Below, piece after piece: positions 1 to 11,675 of a stretch of 64,000 nucleotides of DNA. The notes under the pieces were generated by a model that worked only from the letters and a program-made list of their open reading frames with translations, searched no databases and was not told the origin of the DNA. The stretch covers positions 234,362,001 through 234,426,000 of the forward strand of contig NC_086097.1 in NCBI RefSeq assembly GCF_963921235.1, read 5' to 3'. The position numbers were made by a program, and so were the translations under genes. Source of the stretch: Mobula hypostoma. Lineage: Eukaryota. Position 1 is the first letter of the stretch. Every line of letters starts with the position of its first letter.

Positions 1-892
1 ATGATTGGGGGCAGATTTTACAATTAGTTAATACTTCCTCTATTTGTGCTAAACATTCCCTAATTCAATTTAAAGTGGTTCATAGAGCACATATGTCCAA
101 AGATAAGTTAGCGCGTTTTTACTCGCATATTAATCCTTTCTGTGATAGATGTTCGGGGCAGATAGCCTCTTTAACTCATATGTTTTGGTCTTGCCCTACT
201 TTGGAAACTTTTTGGAGAGATATTTTCAATATTATTTCTAAGGTATTAAATATAGATATCTCTCCTCACCCTATTACTGCTATCTTTGGACTACCTAAAA
301 TTTCTAGTAATCTTTCCCCTTCAGCCCGTAGAATGATTGCATTTCTTACTTTAATGGCGAAAAGATGTATTTTACAACATTGGAAAGAGCTTAATGCTCC
401 AACTACCTTTTTTTGGTTTTCTCAGACGATTTTATGTTTGAATCTGGAGAAAATTAGAAGTAACCTTTATGATTCTTCATTTAAATTTGAACAGATTTGG
501 GGACCTTTTATTCGATATTTTCATTTAATGTAATATTTACCCTTCTTGTTTTTTCTTCACTGTTTTAATGGAGGTCGGGATTGAGGACGTGATTTTAAGT
601 TTAACTCTGTTTGGTTTCAAGTTAGCCCATTGCTTTGCTTTGCTTTTAGTTAGTTGCACGGTGGGTTTTTTTTTGGGGTTTTTTTTTCTTTTTTTTTCCA
701 TTGATATATATAAAATCTAGTATACTATTATGTTATCTTGGTTTCTTATGCTTAAATTACATTGTTTGTAGTATTTTCTTTTTGGTATTGTTATCTTTTG
801 GAATTTTATTATACTTTAACATTGTATTAATGTTTATATGGCTTACCTTTTTTGTATACTTACTCAATAAAAAGATTTAAAAAGAAAGAAAG
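1..892 (+). mobile_element. L1/Tx1-clade LINE, 3' end (ORF2 C-terminus, 3' UTR, A-rich tail); runs off the window start
   Basis: The ORF ending at 533 has the L1-type C-terminal CCHC motif CDRCSGQIASLTHMFWSC and ends FEQIWGPFI. It is followed by a T-rich UTR, AATAAA at 866-871 and the tail aaaaagaaagaaag. Confidence 0.85.
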
Positions 893-2984
893 TAAGTGAG
901 GAATGCCTTGGGCGCATTTGTTCCTGATGACGGTGATGCATATCATCCCTGTGAGGACAGTTGGGGGAAGAGCTTTTGGGAAAAAGGTCTAAGTTGACTG
1001 TTGAAGCTTTTAACTTTGGGGCATCACCTGTACCGGAGGGTTGGAAGTGGAGGCTGGTGGAGCAGATGTTGACGATGACAAATATTTTTTCCCTTGACGA
1101 GTTTGAAGTGGGTTGTTCTAGGAGCACTCGCCACACCATACGGGTAACTGAGGATACTCTGTTTAGAGAACGATCACGGCGACTAGCCCCGGCAGATGTG
1201 GAAGATGTGCGGCAGCATTTGGGCAAGTTGAAGGAGGTTGGAATCATCACGGAGTCCCGAAGCCCTTATTCGTCTCCTATCGTAGTGGTCCGGAAGAAGA
1301 ATGGGAAGGTTCGTATGTGTGTGGACTATAGAACACTGAACAGGCGCACGGTCCCAGATCAGTATCAGTCCGGGTGGAAGATGCGCTGGCCTGTCTGAGT
1401 GGGGCAAAGTGGTTTAGCGTGCTGGATTTGAGGAGTGGATATTACCAAGTCCTGATGAGTGAGGCCGATAAGGAGAAGATGGCCTTCATTTTCCCTTTGG
1501 GCTTTTACCAGTTCAAACGGATGCCCCAGGGCATATCGGGGTCCCTGCCACCTTCCAGAGGGTCATGGACAAGACAGTAGGGGATATGAACCTGCTCAAA
1601 GTGCTGGCATATTTGGATGATCTCATAGTATTTCGATCCACCTTGGAAGAACCCGAAGCGAGGCTAATGCAGGTGTTCAACCGGCTGAAGCAGGAAGGGT
1701 TGAAGCTTTCCCTGGACAAGTGCCAGTTCTGCCAGGTGTCTGTTAGCTATGTTGGACACATTGTCTCGTGGATTGGTGTAACGACAGACCCAGCTAAGAT
1801 CAAAGCAGAGACCACCTGGCCGAGGCCCCAGACCTTGAGTGCTCTATGCTCGTTCCTGGGGTTCTGTGGGTACTATCGGAGGTTCGTGAAGGGCTACGCC
1901 AAGGTGAGTCATCCCTTGAACTAGCTTCTGCGTGGCTACCCTCCCCTGGGACAGAAGGGGAAAGGGAGGAAAGGACAAGAGGTGGGAGAATATTTGAACC
2001 CATCAGAGCCCTTTGGACAGAGATGGGATGACAAATGAGAAGCAGCTTTCTAGTCACTGAAGGAGATGCTGACTCAGGCACCGGTGCTGGCTTTTGCAGA
2101 CCGCCTATTGCTCTACGTGCTACACACTGATGCCAGTCACGAGGGGTTAGGGGCTGTTCTGTATCAGGATCAGGGCGCTGGCCTGAGGCCTGTAGCATTT
2201 ATCAGCTGGAATTTGTCACCTTCAGAGAGAAACTATCCCACTCACAAGTTGGAGTTCCTGGCGTTGAAATGGGGGGTGGTGGATAAACTGAGTGACTATC
2301 TCTATGGGGCCAAGTTTGAGGTGCGGACAGACAACAACCTGCTCAGTTACATCTTGACCTTGGCGAAACTGGATGCCACAGGCCATCGGTGGCTGGCAGC
2401 TTTGTCTTCATATGATTTCTGCCTGAAGTACCGGCCGGGGAGCCGGAATGTCGATGCAGATGCTCTGTCCCGAGGGGGCCATGAGGAGCTGGGGAAGGAC
2501 GAGGAGTGGGAGCATGTTCCTGCATCCGGGGTGAAGGCGATGTGCCAGTTTGCTATCACCGTGCAGGCTGAGGAGAAGGAGAGGCCAGATCGAGCTGTGG
2601 ACTCATTGGGGGCATCCGATGACGCTCTGCCCCTAGTGTACTGTGACACGACTGCTCTGAAGACAATGCAGCTGCCAGGGTTAAGCCCTGGGGAAGTGGC
2701 CACTGCGCAGCGAGATGACCCAGACATAGGCCCTGTCTGGCATGTCGTGGAAGAGGGGGATGTGGCACGGGCGGAGAAAGCTAAGCACGGTTCCGTGTCC
2801 CTGTTACTGAAAGAATGGCTTCAGTAGAGGTTGAAAAACCAAATGCTATACCGGGTAATGTCACCCCCGGACCGACCTCAGTGTTGGCAGCTGGTCCTGC
2901 CGGAGAAGTATCGGAAGGTTGTGTTCAAGTCCCTCCATGATGACTCTGGACATTTGGGAGTGGAAAAGCCCTATGGATTGCTCA
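893..2984 (+). pseudogene. Ty3/Gypsy pol, decayed (RT, RNase H, start of the integrase zinc finger)
   Basis: RT motifs SPYSSPIVVVRKKNGKVRMCVDYRTLN, FSVLDLRSGYYQV and AYLDDLIVF; RNase H motifs LHTDASHEGLGAVL and RTDNN..NVDADALSR; IN start LHDDSGHLGVEK. Split over several frames by frameshifts and stops. Confidence 0.92.
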
Positions 2985-3137
2985 AACAACACACATCAAA
3001 GTTGCTGGTGAACACAGCAGACCAGGCAGCATCTCTAGGAAGAGGTACAGTCAACGTTTCAGGCCGAGACTCTTCGTCAGGACTAACTGAAAGAAGAGCT
3101 AGTAAGAGAATTGAAAGTGGGAGGGGGAAGGGGAGAT
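2985..3137 (-). mobile_element. Penelope-derived terminal (pseudo-LTR-like) fragment carrying a hammerhead motif
   Basis: Near-identical to 7560-7713, which is attached to a GIY-YIG coding remnant. It truncates the Gypsy integrase. Confidence 0.75.
3049..3084 (-). ncRNA. Minimal type-I hammerhead ribozyme motif (near-consensus)
   Basis: The minus strand reads agtc-CTGACGA-agagtctcggcct-GAAAC-GTT-gact. This gives a CUGANGA/GAAA core, stem I agtc/gact, an imperfect stem II and a short palindromic stem III. Confidence 0.6.
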
Positions 3138-3288
3138 CCTATCATTTTGGATCTGTTCACTGTTAATCGCTTATTAACAAAATGGCTTCTCGTACTGTTA
3201 ACTGCTGAGCAAGTGGTTCTCTGTAACAGCAATGTTTTGGTTATACAATGTGATAATGGAAACTGTATTCATTTGTTAGCCAATGGAA

Positions 3289-4890
3289 GGGATTGAAGGC
3301 AGATAAATCCCCAGGGCCAGATGGTCTGCATCCCAGAGTGCTTAAGGAAGTGGCCCAAGAAATAGTGGATGCATTAGTGATAATTTTTCAAAACTCGTTA
3401 GATTCTGGACTAGTTCCTGAGGATTGGAGGGTGGCTAATGTAACCCCACTTTTTAAAAAAGGAGGGAGAGAGAAACCGGGGAATTATAGGCCGGTTAGCC
3501 TAACGTCGGTGGTGGGGAAACTGCTGGAGTCAGTTATCAAGGATGTGATAACAGCACATTTGGAAAGCGGTGAAATGATCGGACAAAGTCAGCATGGATT
3601 TGTGAAAGGAAAATCATGTCTGACGAATCTCATAGAATTTTTTGAGGATGTAACTAGTAGAGTGGATAGGGGAGAACCAGTGGATGTGGTATATTTGGAT
3701 TTTCAAAAGGCTTTTGACAAGGTCCCACACAGGAGATTAGTGTGCAAACTTAAAGCACACGGTATTGGGGGTAAGGTATTGGTGTGGGTGGAGAATTGGT
3801 TAGCAGACAGGAAGCAAAGAGTGGGAATAAACGGGACCTTTTGAGAATGGCAGGCGGTGACTAGTGGGGTACCGCAAGGCTCAGTGCTGGGACCCCAGTT
3901 GTTTACAATATATATTAATGACTTGGATGAGGGAATTAAATGCAGCATCTCCAAGTTTGCGGATGACACGAAGCTGGGTGGCAGTGTTAGCAGTGAGGAG
4001 GATGCTAAGAGGATGCAGGGTGACTTGGATAGGTTGGGTGAGTGGGCAAACTCATGGCAGATGCAATTTAATGTGGATAAATGTGAAGTTATCCACTTTG
4101 GTGGCAAAAATAGGAAAACAGATTATTATCTGAATGGTGGCCGATTAGGAAAAGGGGAGGTGCAACGAGACCTGGGTGTCATTATACACCAGTCATTGAA
4201 AGTGGGCATGCAGGTACAGCAGGCGGTGAAAAAGGCGAACGGTATGCTGGCATTTATAGCGAGAGGATTCGAGTACAGGAGCAGGGAGGTACTACTGCAG
4301 TTGTACAAGGCCTTGGTGAGACCACACCTGGAGTATTGTGTGCAGTTTTGGTCCCCTAATCTGAGGAAAGACATCTTTGCCATAGAGGGAGTACAAAGAA
4401 GGTTCACCAGATTGATTCCTGGGATGGCAGGTCTTTCATATGAAGAAAGACTGGATGAACTGGGCTTGTACTCGTTGGAATTTAGAAGATTGAGGGGGGA
4501 TCTGATTGAAACGTATAAGATCCTAAAGGGATTGGACAGGCTAGATGCGGGAAGATTGTTCCCGATGTTGGGGAGGTCTAGAACGAGGGGTCACAGTTTG
4601 AGGATAGAGGGGAAGCCTTTTAGGACCGAGGTTAGGAAAAACTTCTTCACACAGAGAGTGGTGAATCTGTGGAATTCTCTGCCACAGCAAACTGTTGAGG
4701 CCAGTTCATTAGCTATGTTTAAAAGGAAGTTAGATATGGCTCTTGTGGCTACAGGGGTCAGGGGGTATGGAGGGAAGGCTGGGTTCTGAGTTGGATGATC
4801 AGCCATGATCATAATAAATGGCGGTGCAGGCTCGAAGGGCCGAATGGCCTACTCCTGCACCTATTTTCTATGTTTCTATGTTTCTATGTT
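3289..4890 (+). mobile_element. CR1-clade LINE family A, 5'-truncated, young; RT with one nonsense codon
   Basis: KSPGPDGLHPRVLKE, YLDFQKAFDKVPH, GVPQGSVLGP, FADD. TGA at 3842-3844 where the sister copy has TCA. The 3' tail is (ttctatgt)n. Confidence 0.95.
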
Positions 4891-5335
4891 CTGTTATCTT
4901 GTATACGTGTGCTGAGTTGAGGAGCGCGGGTTTTCTCGGGAGGTGAGCGGAGAGGACGGACGTGCGGGGAACAGACAGCGGTTCCGGGGCAGCGGATACT
5001 GGACCTCGGGCGTTCGGAGGGTGGCCGGAGTCTCGGAAGGATGTTGCGGATGGAATAGGAGGCGTGAGCTCCCACGTATTAAAATATTATGAGCACAAGA
5101 CTGATAAGTTACTTATGTGGTGCCTTTTGCTTTAGTTGTTGCTACTAACCCATCACCAAAATTTGCTATAAAGTATAATTATTTACTCGCACTTTGTATA
5201 TTGTTTCATATCTGTGTCGTGGCTGATCGTTGGGCAACTCACCCCTTATCCGCACCAAAGCAATTGCACTGTTTGGCAGAGTCGACGGCTATTCACCCTA
5301 GGCAACGGGAGTCCGTGGGGGAAAAGGCCGTTACA
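4891..5335 (+). mobile_element. Probable distal part of a Gypsy LTR; the proximal part may be about 3138-3288, split by the CR1
   Basis: CpG-rich non-coding block ending ...ggccgttaCA, a typical Gypsy LTR terminus, lying downstream of the pol relic. Confidence 0.5.
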
Positions 5336-5859
5336 TTCTGTTTGTGTAAACTGGTCCTAATTTTCTATCCTCCCTTTGAAGAGGTGCTTCTTAATTTATT
5401 TCTTTTATTTAGATTGCATAGAGAGGCAGCTTATTTCTGGGTTCTCTAAATATGCACTCTACTGAAGCCAGGACATACCTGGAAGTGCGACAGGGTGTGT
5501 ATCGGCCACACCGCTTCCACAAAATTCACTTCCACGTCCAAGGCCCAGGAATTGTGCAAATCACTCAAGTGTAAAGGCAAAATAGATTCGTTTTACCTGT
5601 CATATGTACATCAAAACATCGAAACATACGATGAAGTGCATTGTTTGCATCAATAACCGACACAGATCGAGGTTTGCGCTGCACTCAAGCCCCAGGTGTC
5701 ACCATGCTTCCAGTGTCAATATAGCATGCCCATAACTAACTAACCTAACCTGCACATCTCTACTATGTGGGAGGAAATTGCAGTACCTAGAGGAAACACA
5801 TGTGGTTACAGGGAGAATGAACAAACTCCTTACAGGAAACAGCAGAATTGGACCCCGAT

Positions 5860-6430
5860 CTTATGGTTGCTGGCTACACCTTTATTCTTCCTACCAAAGT
5901 GATACATTTCAATACACTGAATTACATCTGCAACTCTTTCTGCTTTCCTTCTGCCAACTCTTTGTTTCCTCAGCACTACCTGTCCTCCACATATTTTTTG
6001 TAGCATTTGCAGACTTGGCCACAAGCCATCGATGACGTCATCCAGATTATCAGCGTATAACGAAGGGTGAGAAGGGCCCATTCCACACTGTATGTCAATA
6101 AACAATAAATAAATAAATGTGAAAAGTAACAGATCCAGCAACAACCCCTGCAGTGCACCACTAGTTACTGGGAGCCAAGCAGAAAAGACTCCCTTTATTC
6201 CCATTCTCTGTCTCCTGCCAGTCAGCCAATCATCTGTCACCTCTAGAGAAGGGGTTTGAACCCTTCCTGCAATACCACAGGTTGTTTTCTTGTTTTGAAG
6301 CCTCATGGATGGCACCTTTTCAAAAGCCTTCTGACTCTACTTTGACTAACCTGCTTGTTACTTCAAAGAATTCAGATTTGTCAATCAAGATCTCCCCTTA
6401 AAGAAACTGTGCCGACTCTGCCAACTTTCA
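5860..6430 (-). mobile_element. Old CR1 RT fragments
   Basis: Translates to WLTGRRQRMGIKGVFSAWLPVTSGALQG, with internal deletions. Confidence 0.75.
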
Positions 6431-6787
6431 TTATGTAACTTCCCATGATGAGTTGTACAAGAGGTAGCAAAGTACAAAAAAATTATCAATGTTTCATGCC
6501 ACTAAGAAATAATTCCACCTATCACTCAAAAAGATCTTTGGGGAATGATTGCATAGATTATTCTGTTCATTATAAGATCGTAAGATCATGACTACATAGA
6601 TTATTCAGTGCATTACAAGAAGATAGGAAAGTAGAAGCAGAATTAGGCAATTTTGCCCATTGAGTCTGCCCACCATTCTATCATGGCTGTTTTATTACCT
6701 TTCCAAAAGCCGTTCTCTTGCTTGCTCTCCATACCTTTGGTACCCATACCAACAAAAAACTTATCAACCTATCTTTTTTCCAAGAGT

Positions 6788-7555
6788 CACAGAATCATAG
6801 AAAAATACAACACAGAAACAAGCCCTTTATCCCATCTAGTCAGTGCCAAACTAGTTAAACTGCCTACTTCCATGGGTTTTCACCAAGATCATAGCCCTCC
6901 ATACCACTACCATCCATGTACCTATCCAAACATCTGTTAAAACGTTGAAATCGAGCTCGCATGCACCACTTGTGCTAGCATCTCATTCCACATTCTCACA
7001 ACCCTTTGAAGAAGATTCCCCTCATGTTTTCCTTAAACTTTTCTCCTTTCACCCTTATCCTATGACGTCTGATTGTAGTCCCACCCAAACTCAGCGGAAA
7101 AGGCCTGTTTGCATTTACCCTATCTATGCCTTCAGAATTTTGTATACCTCTGTCAAATCTTCTCTCAATCTACTACGTTACAAGGAATAAAGTCCTAACC
7201 TATTCAATCTTTCCTTATAACTCAGGTCCTCCAGGCCCAGCAACATCCTTGTAAATTTTCTCTGTACCCCACTTAGATCTTTCATGTATGTAGGTGATCA
7301 AAACTACACACAAAACTAAAATAGGCCTCACCAATGTCTTATACAATTTCAACGTAACATCTCATCTCCTGTACGCAATACATTGATTTATGAAGGCCAG
7401 TATGCCAAAAGCTTTCTTTACAACCTTTCAATGACACAATGACACCACTTCCAATGAATTATGCACCTGTATTCCCACATCACTTTGTTCTACCACACTC
7501 CTCAGTACCCTACCATTCACTGTGTGAGACACTGCACATGTCTTCACCAAATTCC
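6788..7555 (-). mobile_element. Old CR1 3' portion
   Basis: Similar to the CR1 C-terminus and 3' UTR (ctcaatct..., tattcaatctttccttataactcaggtcctccagg). Related to 25675-26150 and 51520-51840. Confidence 0.7.
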
Positions 7556-7559
7556 ATCT

Positions 7560-8490
7560 AACAACACACATCAAAGTTACTGGTGAACGCAGCAGGCCAG
7601 GCAGCATCTCTAGGAAGAGGTACAGTCAACGTTTTGGGCCGAGACCCTTCGTCAGGACTAACTGAAAGAAGAGCTAGTAGAAGATTTGAAAGTGGGAGGG
7701 GGAGGGGGAGATCTGAAATGATAGGAGAAGACAGGAGAGGGAGGGATGGAGCCAAGAGCTGGACAGTTGATTGGCAAAAGGGATATGAGAGGATCATGGG
7801 ACAGGAGGTCCAGGAAGAAAGAAAAGTTGGGGGGGAACCCAGAGGATGGGCAAGGGGTATAGTGAGAGGGACATAGGGAGAAAAAGGAGAGGGAGAAAAA
7901 GAATGTGTGTATATAGATAAATAACAGATGGGGTACGAGGGGGAGGTGGGACATTAGCGGAAGTTTGAGAAGTCAATGTTCATGCCATCAGGTTGGAGGC
8001 TACCCAAACTGAATATAAGGTGTTGTTCCTCCAACTTGAGTGTGGCTTCATCTTTACAGTAGAGGAGGCTGTGGATAGACATATCAGAATGGGAATGGGA
8101 CATGAAATTAAAATGTGTGGCCACTGGGAGATCCTGCTTTCTCTGGCGGACAGAGGGTAGGTGTTCAGCGAAATGATCTTCCAGTCTCGCCAATATATAG
8201 AAGACCACATCGGGAGCACCAGACACAGTATATCACCCCAGCCGACTCACAGGTGAAGTGTCGCCTCACCTGGAAGGATTGTCTGGGGCCCTGAATGGTG
8301 GTAAGGGAGGAAGTGTAAGGGCATGTGTAGCACTTGTTCCGCTTACACGGATAAGTGCCAGGAGGGAGATCAGTGGGGAGGGATGGGGGGGACAAATGGA
8401 CAAGGGAGTTGCATAGGGAGCGATCCCTGTGGAAAGCAGTGGGGGGAGGGAAAGATGTGCTTAGTGGTGGGATCCCGTTGGAGGTGGCGA
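7560..8490 (-). mobile_element. Penelope-like element, 3' part: GIY-YIG endonuclease remnant plus terminal repeat with a hammerhead motif
   Basis: PGTYPCKRNKCYTC...FTCESAGVIYCVWCSRCGLLYIGETGR, then FAEHL..DLPVATHFN..EATLKLEEQHLIFSLGSLQPDGMNIDF in a shifted frame. The hammerhead-like motif at 7624-7659 has GAAA mutated to AAAA. Confidence 0.88.
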
Positions 8491-9300
8491 ATTCCATTTG
8501 CCATTTTTCATCCTACTTTTCCAGCTGATGTGGATCCCTCCACAAGCCATGATAGCCTTCCTTACTGTCCACAACACCCTCAGTCTTGGTGTCATTTGCA
8601 AATTTGCTGATCCAGTTAACCACATTATCATCCAGATCATTGGTATAGATGACAAACAATGCTTCCAGTACCTTTGGCACTCCTCTAGACACAGGGAGGC
8701 AACCCTCTGCAACAACTCTCTGGCTTCTTCCACAAAGCTAATGTATAATCCAATTTACTACCTCATCTTGAATGCCAAGCGAATGCACCTTCTAGAGCAA
8801 CTTTCCATGTTGGACTTTGTCAACGTCCATGTAGACAACATTCACCGCCTTGCTTTCATCCACTTTCCTGGGAACCTCCTCAAAAAACTCCATAAGATTG
8901 GTTAGACATAACCTACCATGCACAAAGGTCCTTAATCAGTACATCAAATACTATATATCTGCTCCCTTAGAATACCTTCCAATAACTTTCTCTTGACTGA
9001 TGTCAGACTCACTGGCCGATAATTTCCTGGTATATTTTTTAGAGCCTTTCTTAAACAGTGGAAGAACATTGGCTATCCTCCAATCCACTGGTACCTCAAC
9101 TGTCACTGAGGATAATTTAAGTATCTCTGCTGGCACCTGGGAAATTTCTTCACTTGCATCCTGCAGGGTCCCAGGGAACACTTTGTCAGGCCCTAAAGAT
9201 TTATCCATCCAAATTTGCCTCAGGACAGCGAACACCTCCTCCTCTGTAATCCATATGTGGTTCATGAAGTTGATACTACTTTGCCTCACGTATAGATTCC
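8491..9300 (-). mobile_element. Old CR1 RT fragment
   Basis: DKSLGPDKVFPGTL...VPVDWRIANVLPLFKKGSK, frameshifted. Confidence 0.8.
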
Positions 9301-9519
9301 GTGTCCATGTTCGGAGTAAATTAACAAATTTCACGACACGTGCCGGTGATAATAAACCTGATTCTGATTCTGATTCTAACTGCTGCTTTTCAGCTACTGG
9401 TAATTCAGGAATAAATTATCCATAATTGTGGTACTGCTGAGAGAATGCGGCAGTGCCCAGGTGAACATGGGGCAGCACTTGCAGACCTCAGTTGGTCTGT
9501 ACATACCAGCTGTTTGGTG

Positions 9520-10760
9520 AAAAAAAAAGCATAACAGTGCCTCTTTTACCTCAGATGGTTGAAGAAGTTCGGACTTTCTACAGGGGCACAATTGAGAGCA
9601 ACCTGAGTGGCTGTATCACTGCCTGGTAGTGGGAACCATACTTCGCTGGATCGCAGGACTCTGCACAGAGTGGTGCGGACAGCCCAGCGTATCTGTGGAT
9701 GTGAACTTCCCACTGTTCAGGACGTTTATAGTAATAGGTTCATAAAAAGGGCCCGAAGGATCATTGCGTACCCAAGTCATCCCAACTGCAAACTGCTCCA
9801 GCTGCTACCATCTGGGTAAAGGTACAGCAGCATTAAAGCCAGGATCAACAGACTCTGAGACACCTTCTTCCACCAGGCTATCAGATTGATTGATTCACAC
9901 TGACACAATTGTGTTTCTAAGCTATATTGACTGTTCTGTTGTACATCTTACTGCACGTACTAATTATTAAAAATTACTATAATTTGCACATTGCATATTC
10001 AGACGGAGATGTAAAGGTTTTTACTCCTGTACGTGAAGGATGTAAGAAATGAAATCAATTCAAATTCAGTTCCGCCAGAACACCTGAATCAGGAAAGAGG
10101 TACAAAACCCACAGGTCCCACACCACCAAGTTCAGGAACAGTTGTTACCCTTCTGCCATCTGACACCTGAACCTGCGAGGATAATATCACTCACTACAAC
10201 TTTGAACTGATTCCACAACCCATCGACTCACTTTCAAGGACCTTACAACTTGAGTTCTCAGTACTTCCATATCAAGCTGTGCTGTGTATTGATGCAGGTG
10301 CATGTCACTGTGTAATTTGATGTTTTGATGTACATAACGACAAATAAACTTGACATGGAGCTGGCCACCATCTCTACAATGTCCAAAGTGGTGAGGCTGG
10401 ACACACTTCAACCATTAAGCTTCTGAACCATCATGAATAATTTCATTCACCTCAACTCTGAACTGATTCCACAACATATGGACTCACTTTCAAGGATTCT
10501 GCAAATTATGTTCTCAGTATTTGTATTAGTTGTAAGCATCAATTTACTTACTTATTTAATGTTATTACTTTTTTTTGTATTTGCAATATTTGTCTTCTTT
10601 TGCACATTAGTTGTCTGTCAGTTTTTTTGCTTGGTTGTTCACTGATTTTATTTTATTTTATTGATTTACTCTGAATGCTTTGCAAGAAAATTAGTTTCAA
10701 AATAGTATACAAGTGACATGCATACTTTGATAATAGCTACTTTAAAGTTTAAACTGAAAA
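9520..10760 (+). mobile_element. Cluster of Rex1/Babar-type LINE 3' fragments
   Basis: LHRVVRTAQRICGCELP..PSHPNCKLLQLLPSG, plus repeated caccaccaagttcaggaacag-type termini and T-rich 3' UTRs. Confidence 0.65.
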
Positions 10761-10969
10761 AACGTCTGAGCTGACATAAAGGGAGAATACATGCTGACTT
10801 TAGAGCAATACTGATTGACACTGAGGAATAATCAAAGTTGACAGAGGGACAGCATTCCTCTTTTTACACCTGCACCCTCGTTACTCCGGTAACACAACAG
10901 TTGAATCTGCAAACAGTTTCAAACTCGTGGGAGTGTACATCTTGCACAACCCCTCATGGTCCCCAAGTG

Positions 10970-11490
10970 ATATACTGACATTGGAGAGGGTTCAGAGAAG
11001 ATTCATGAGAATGATTCCAGGAATGAAAGGGTAACTGCGTGAGGAACGTCTGGCAGCTCTTGGGCTGAATTCCCTGGAGTTCAGGAGAATGAAGGGGAGG
11101 GATCTCATTGAAACACTAAGAATGTTAAAAGTCCTGAACAGATTAGATATGGCAAAGTTATTTCACATGGTAGGGGATTCTAGGACAAGAGGGCACGACA
11201 TCAGGATTGAAGGACGTCCTTTTAGAAGAGATGCGGAGAAATTACTTTAGTCTGAGGGTGGTACATCTGTGGAATTTGTTGCCACGAGCGGCTGTGGAGG
11301 CCAAGTCACTGGGTATATTTAAGGCAGAGACAGATAGGTTCTTGATTAGCCAGGGCATCAAAGGGTATGGGGTGAAGGCACGGGGGTGAGGATGACTGGA
11401 AGAATTGGATCAGCCCATGATTGAATGGCAAAGTAGATTTGTCGGGCCGAATGGCTTACTTCTTTTTCCTTTATCTTATGGTCTAATGGT
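10970..11490 (+). mobile_element. CR1 3' end fragment
   Basis: EMRRNYFSLRVVHLWNLLP..GIKGYG, with a (cttatggt)-type tail. Confidence 0.8.
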
Positions 11491-11496
11491 GCCAGA

Positions 11497-11641
11497 ACAT
11501 AGAAACATAGAAACATAGAAAATAGGTGCAGGAGTAGGCCATTCGGCCCTTCAAGCCTGCACTGCCATTTATTATGATCATGGCTGATCCTCCAACTCAG
11601 AACCCTGCCCCAGCCTTCCCTCCATACCCCCTGACCCCCGT
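11497..11641 (-). mobile_element. CR1 family A, extreme 3' end only
   Basis: Matches the 3' UTR and tail of 54274-54420 and 4750-4890. Confidence 0.85.
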
Positions 11642-11675
11642 CTTATACATCTTATACAATCATAAAAACACACTA

